Assembly: GCA_048940925.1 (NCBI GenBank)
Contig: JBHLOC010000012.1
Location: 38,316 to 102,315 of the forward strand
Source of the DNA: Promethearchaeota archaeon
GTDB taxonomy: Archaea; Asgardarchaeota; Lokiarchaeia; Sigyniarchaeales; SOKP01
Reading direction: 5' to 3'
Length of the DNA stretch: 64,000 bases
The position numbers and the translations under genes were made by a program. Of the stretch, positions 60,538 through 64,000 are shown piece by piece; the stretch's first letter is position 1, and the number at the start of each line of letters is the position of its first letter. Under the pieces are notes generated by a model. That model saw only the letters and a program-made list of their open reading frames with translations. It made no database searches and was not told the origin of the DNA.

Positions 60538-61767
60538 TCAGCACTTAAAGGGCGGACCTTTGCCTTTTGAATATGTCCTGAAAAGCATATTAAACTGTGG
60601 AAGTTTTACGATGTCATCTTTCTCACACTGATTGAACTTTTGATATGGCTTATAAATGTTCAGTTTGGCAAGAATTAAGTTATTATCCTCATCTTTTAAA
60701 GCAAAGAGATAAAAATCAATTGAATCATTATTATTAAAGACTTTCTTTGCATGTCCAGGTATAATTTTAACAATATCACTAGTCTCTTCTGGACTTTCAA
60801 ATATACCTAACCTTTTCATAATGTCTACTAATAAATCAGAAGATTTTACTAAACTTTTAAATCTCTTCACATTAAATCGCTCAAAAAAATTACTTTTTAC
60901 TTGAACTTGAATAGTACTCATCCGTATATTAAGTAATTTACAAATAGAATTCACATTTAATGTATCCTTATAACAACACAACGCTGAAATTGAAGCACAT
61001 AACCCAGCGACAACATCATCTTTAGTATTTTTAATGATATCCCATAACTTGTATAAAATTTTTCTAGTGAAGAGCCCAAATGATCTATCTAAATTAAATT
61101 CAGCTTGTATATAACTTATTTTTTGAAGAATAACCATTTGTCGATTATATTCGTTATATTTTGGAAGAAAATTCCTCATCTGCAATTTAAAATGGTTAAA
61201 CTCCTTTTTCGATATTTCACTGTTATTTATGAAATCAGTCTCCGCTCGTGAAATATTTCTTAATTTTAAACAATAGTATGTAACAACTGGAACTAATTTT
61301 TCAACACTTCGATATTTAGTTCCTGGTCTAAAACTATTATATACTTTCACACATTTGTTAAATATGTACTGTTTTAACGAAGCTCCAGAATCATTTAAGT
61401 TAAGTTTGGTGAAGAGATCAGAGATCTTTTTCCAAATATTACGTTTAACTACTCTAGAGTTATCCTGTTCCAAATTTCTCTTATTTAATCGTCTAAACTT
61501 GGTAGAGTTTGGAAAATTCAAACGTTCATGGAGGGTTCCTACTTGAGTTGCTCCTATCCGTGGTGAAATTTGAATGATATCATCATTATAGGGGCGGTTG
61601 TATTGCAATTTTTTGATCTCAAGCACTATACCACAATTTCTACATACATAAGACCCTCTATCTTCAACTATATCCTCCGAATCACATAAATCACATTTTA
61701 AAGTTTCAAATCCGAATAATCTAGCCTCAAATTCCTGTGTTTTATACGAAGCCATTACCTTGATCAC
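60538..61767 (-). CDS. tfb: Divergent transcription factor B (TFB/TFIIB) paralog
   Basis: Zn ribbon CDLC-x13-CRNCG, two cyclin-like repeats, ICKLLNIRMSTI HTH, C-terminal extension ending GKGPP. Confidence 0.8.
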   Translation of the reverse strand: MIKVMASYKTQEFEARLFGFETLKCDLCDSEDIVEDRGSYVCRNCGIVLEIKKLQYNRPYNDDIIQISPRIGATQVGTLHERLNFPNSTKFRRLNKRNLEQDNSRVVKRNIWKKISDLFTKLNLNDSGASLKQYIFNKCVKVYNSFRPGTKYRSVEKLVPVVTYYCLKLRNISRAETDFINNSEISKKEFNHFKLQMRNFLPKYNEYNRQMVILQKISYIQAEFNLDRSFGLFTRKILYKLWDIIKNTKDDVVAGLCASISALCCYKDTLNVNSICKLLNIRMSTIQVQVKSNFFERFNVKRFKSLVKSSDLLVDIMKRLGIFESPEETSDIVKIIPGHAKKVFNNNDSIDFYLFALKDEDNNLILAKLNIYKPYQKFNQCEKDDIVKLPQFNMLFRTYSKGKGPPFKC

Positions 61768-62239
61768 TATTTTTTTGAGTTCACTAAGAAAAATATAAGA
61801 ACGAGTATGCCTAATAAACCCATCGTTTTTTTCATTTTTTGATCGTAAAATATATTTTTTCTCTACTCAAAAGGAACAAAACTCAAAATTTGAGTTTAAT
61901 TTATGCGTCAAGAATAATAAGCGCTATTGATTACTAAGAATTGATTAATCTATAGAGACATAAATTTTTATTTTTTTTTGATAAAAAATAATTTTTTCGT
62001 TTTGAAGATCACCCCCTCAAAATTACACTTGAAGAAAATTATGGGAAAGGTAAGATAATTGCCAGATGAGTTTGATATTGCCATTAATTAAACATAAGCC
62101 GAGATTTTTTTCAATATTAGTTTAAAATTTTATGTTCACTATACTTATCAAATATTTAATCTAAAATTGAAGAAAAAAATTGGTTTTTCTTAATAATTCA
62201 CCATTTTTTCTTTATATTTTCTTATGATCTAAGGATATT

Positions 62240-62995
62240 ATGTTTGAAAATGTGCTAGTCTATACTTTCTTTTGGTTACCAATAGCATTTCTGGTTGGGT
62301 ATTTTTTTGAGAAAATGATCTACCACAGGAGTAAAGGTGGATATAGGACAATGTTTAATGTACTTGCTATTATTGGTGTGGCGGTTCATGAAATAGCTCA
62401 TGCACTCCTAAGTCTTATTACTAGGGTCCCAATTGAAAGAATCGAAGTGAATTATAGGGATAAGGAGACCCGTAAAGTATCACCTCATGGATTAGTTGCT
62501 CATAAGAGGCCAAATAAAGTCTCATTTATTCAATCATTCTTAATCGGCATCGCCCCTTTACTAGTAGGGGTAATACTATTTTTCTTCTTATTAGATATCG
62601 CATGTGATATGTCAGCAGCACCACTATATCGTATTCTGGCGGGATGTTTTTGTGTATCTCTATGTTTCGGAATAAGACCCTCTTCGCAGGATCTTAAGCT
62701 TATTGGGAGAAATTTTCGCAGTAATCCTTCAAAATCACTATTTCAACTTATTCTGTTATGTTCTTCTTTTGGATTGGTATGGTTGTTAGTAGATATATTT
62801 ATGATTAACTTGAATTTCGAGTTTTTATATTACATCATGATCGGTATCGTATTTATGGTATTGAAATATTTCTGTCTGTTATGGTATACAATTTATAAGC
62901 ACATAAGAAGAAATCGACAAGATAAGAAAACAGGAGTATTATACGGTGAAATTATGGAAATAAGTACTCCAAAGTATAAATTTTCAGGTGAATAA
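62240..62995 (+). CDS. Membrane HExxH metallopeptidase (M50-like/zincin)
   Basis: GVAVHEIAH in a TM segment, IGIAPL, PSSQD third-ligand motif. Confidence 0.78.
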   Translation: MFENVLVYTFFWLPIAFLVGYFFEKMIYHRSKGGYRTMFNVLAIIGVAVHEIAHALLSLITRVPIERIEVNYRDKETRKVSPHGLVAHKRPNKVSFIQSFLIGIAPLLVGVILFFFLLDIACDMSAAPLYRILAGCFCVSLCFGIRPSSQDLKLIGRNFRSNPSKSLFQLILLCSSFGLVWLLVDIFMINLNFEFLYYIMIGIVFMVLKYFCLLWYTIYKHIRRNRQDKKTGVLYGEIMEISTPKYKFSGE

Positions 62996-63344
62996 GATGG
63001 TAAAAATATTTTGTTATTTCATATTGATTGTGGCATTTGTATTATTCTATCAAAGAAATCCTGTATTTGGGGTTATCTTGATTATTCTATTTCTTGTAGT
63101 TTTTATAGTGTTCAAATTGAGAAAACATGGGGTTGGTTCTAATGCACTTGGGTATTTTAGCAATAACTCTGCTAGGATAAATTCTCAGAGTAGAGAGATC
63201 CTAACTCTATTAATGCTTCAGAGTCTATTTAATGATATTAATTCAGCAAAAGTAAGTGAAAAGGAAGATAAGAGTGTCTCCCCGCATGAAAAGGAGATAA
63301 ATAAACTAAAGGAAGAGATTCTTGAATTATTGGATGGGAAATAA
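62988..63344 (+). CDS. Small membrane protein (N-terminal TM hairpin plus helical tail)
   Basis: Overlaps the peptidase stop and abuts the RadB-like start. Confidence 0.7.
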   Translation: MNKMVKIFCYFILIVAFVLFYQRNPVFGVILIILFLVVFIVFKLRKHGVGSNALGYFSNNSARINSQSREILTLLMLQSLFNDINSAKVSEKEDKSVSPHEKEINKLKEEILELLDGK

Positions 63345-64000
63345 ATGATTTCAGTATCTACGATATTAGATGACTTATTTTCTCTTCTTTCTCATTACAC
63401 TATAGTAAATATTTCTGGAGAATCAGGTACAGGTAAGACAACATTAGCCCTTTATTTAGGAGGTAATTTCCTTACTTCAAAAAAACCATATCAACATTCG
63501 TGTATCTGGATTCAAGCTAGTGAAATATTCCCAAAAAGACGATTAATCTCACTGTTTAGCTCAAACGATGAAGATCTAGATTATTTAAGCAACAATATAT
63601 ATATAATTCCAGAAGGAAGGATTTTAAAATCGTTTTCCGAACAAGGACAGACACTTCGAAAATTAATAAATTCCGACTTAGTGTTACCCCCTAACCTAAA
63701 ATTTATAGTCATAGACAATATTTCTCATCATCTGCGATTTGAGTTATCTACTCTTTCAGAAGTAAGAGATATTACCAATACGATTGACTATTTTTTTGAT
63801 GAGACACTAATGCCACTGCTATTATTTTGTAAAAGAAAAAACATTTATCTAATATTACTTCATGAGGTATCGTTTGATATGAATGCAGGCCAGCAAAAAC
63901 CATTTCTTCAAAACCTTTATAGCAGATTAAATGTGCTGCATATAAATCTATCAAAAATTTTCAATAATAAGAAAAAAAAGATGAAAATCACTTCTGAAAG
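63345..64000 (+). CDS. radB: RecA-family ATPase, RadB/Rad51-paralog-like (runs off the window end; missing from the ORF track)
   Basis: ATG 63345; ISGESGTGKTT Walker A, WIQASEIFPKRRL, FIVIDNISHHLR Walker B; no N-terminal HhH; frame open to 64000. Confidence 0.8.
   Translation, partial: MISVSTILDDLFSLLSHYTIVNISGESGTGKTTLALYLGGNFLTSKKPYQHSCIWIQASEIFPKRRLISLFSSNDEDLDYLSNNIYIIPEGRILKSFSEQGQTLRKLINSDLVLPPNLKFIVIDNISHHLRFELSTLSEVRDITNTIDYFFDETLMPLLLFCKRKNIYLILLHEVSFDMNAGQQKPFLQNLYSRLNVLHINLSKIFNNKKKKMKITSE

Noticed and set aside
1410-63954. Numerous 60-130 aa ORFs antisense to or nested in long genes (e.g. 1410-1694, 5136-5333, 18905-19123, 44601-44927, 53497-53757, 63772-63954)
   Set aside because: They are shadow frames of well-supported genes and have no recognisable motifs
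42905-64000. Integrated conjugative element or provirus
   Set aside because: No integrase, relaxase, replication initiator, capsid gene, att repeat or tRNA target is visible, and the VirB4-like protein lacks Walker motifs; the right boundary is outside the window, so this is not fully excluded

Overview
A very AT-rich (roughly 30% GC by eye) archaeal chromosome segment, most consistent with an Asgard archaeon (Lokiarchaeia/Promethearchaeota). Support: a TFB paralog, Hel308 and Hef helicases, a RadB-like ATPase, an IPGY-TM-basic (Loki-CTERM-type) sorting signal, GGTGA/GAGGTG ribosome-binding sites and leaderless TATA promoters. The first ~38 kb is metabolic and accessory: a Staygreen (SGR) homologue, SDRs, an MFS transporter, alpha/beta hydrolases, OYE flavin reductases, ferredoxins, thioesterases, an FG-GAP propeller, and a ~15 kb glycan-utilisation cluster (PL11, GH3, ThuA, Gfo/Idh/MocA, HGSNAT-like, SdhA-like). 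The 38-43 kb interval holds two GNAT-fold proteins, a PP-loop enzyme and an unannotated 50-aa ORF. The most interesting part is 42.9-64 kb. A tight five-gene membrane operon encodes a membrane-anchored HhH DNA-binding protein, two membrane proteins, a 1262-aa VirB4/HerA-like protein with destroyed Walker motifs, and a coiled-coil protein. It is flanked by a 119-nt structured element, a SWIM-inserted Hel308 helicase, a Hef/FANCM helicase with a degenerate nuclease domain, a large surface protein, a divergent TFB, an HExxH membrane peptidase and a RadB/Rad51-paralog. Many of these genes share an atypical T-rich BRE/TATA promoter motif. I infer a candidate DNA uptake/exchange and recombination regulon (Ced/Ted-like in logic) that may be driven by an alternative TFB. 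No rRNA, tRNA, CRISPR array, integrase or intact transposase was seen. All family calls come from motif recognition by eye, with no database searches.
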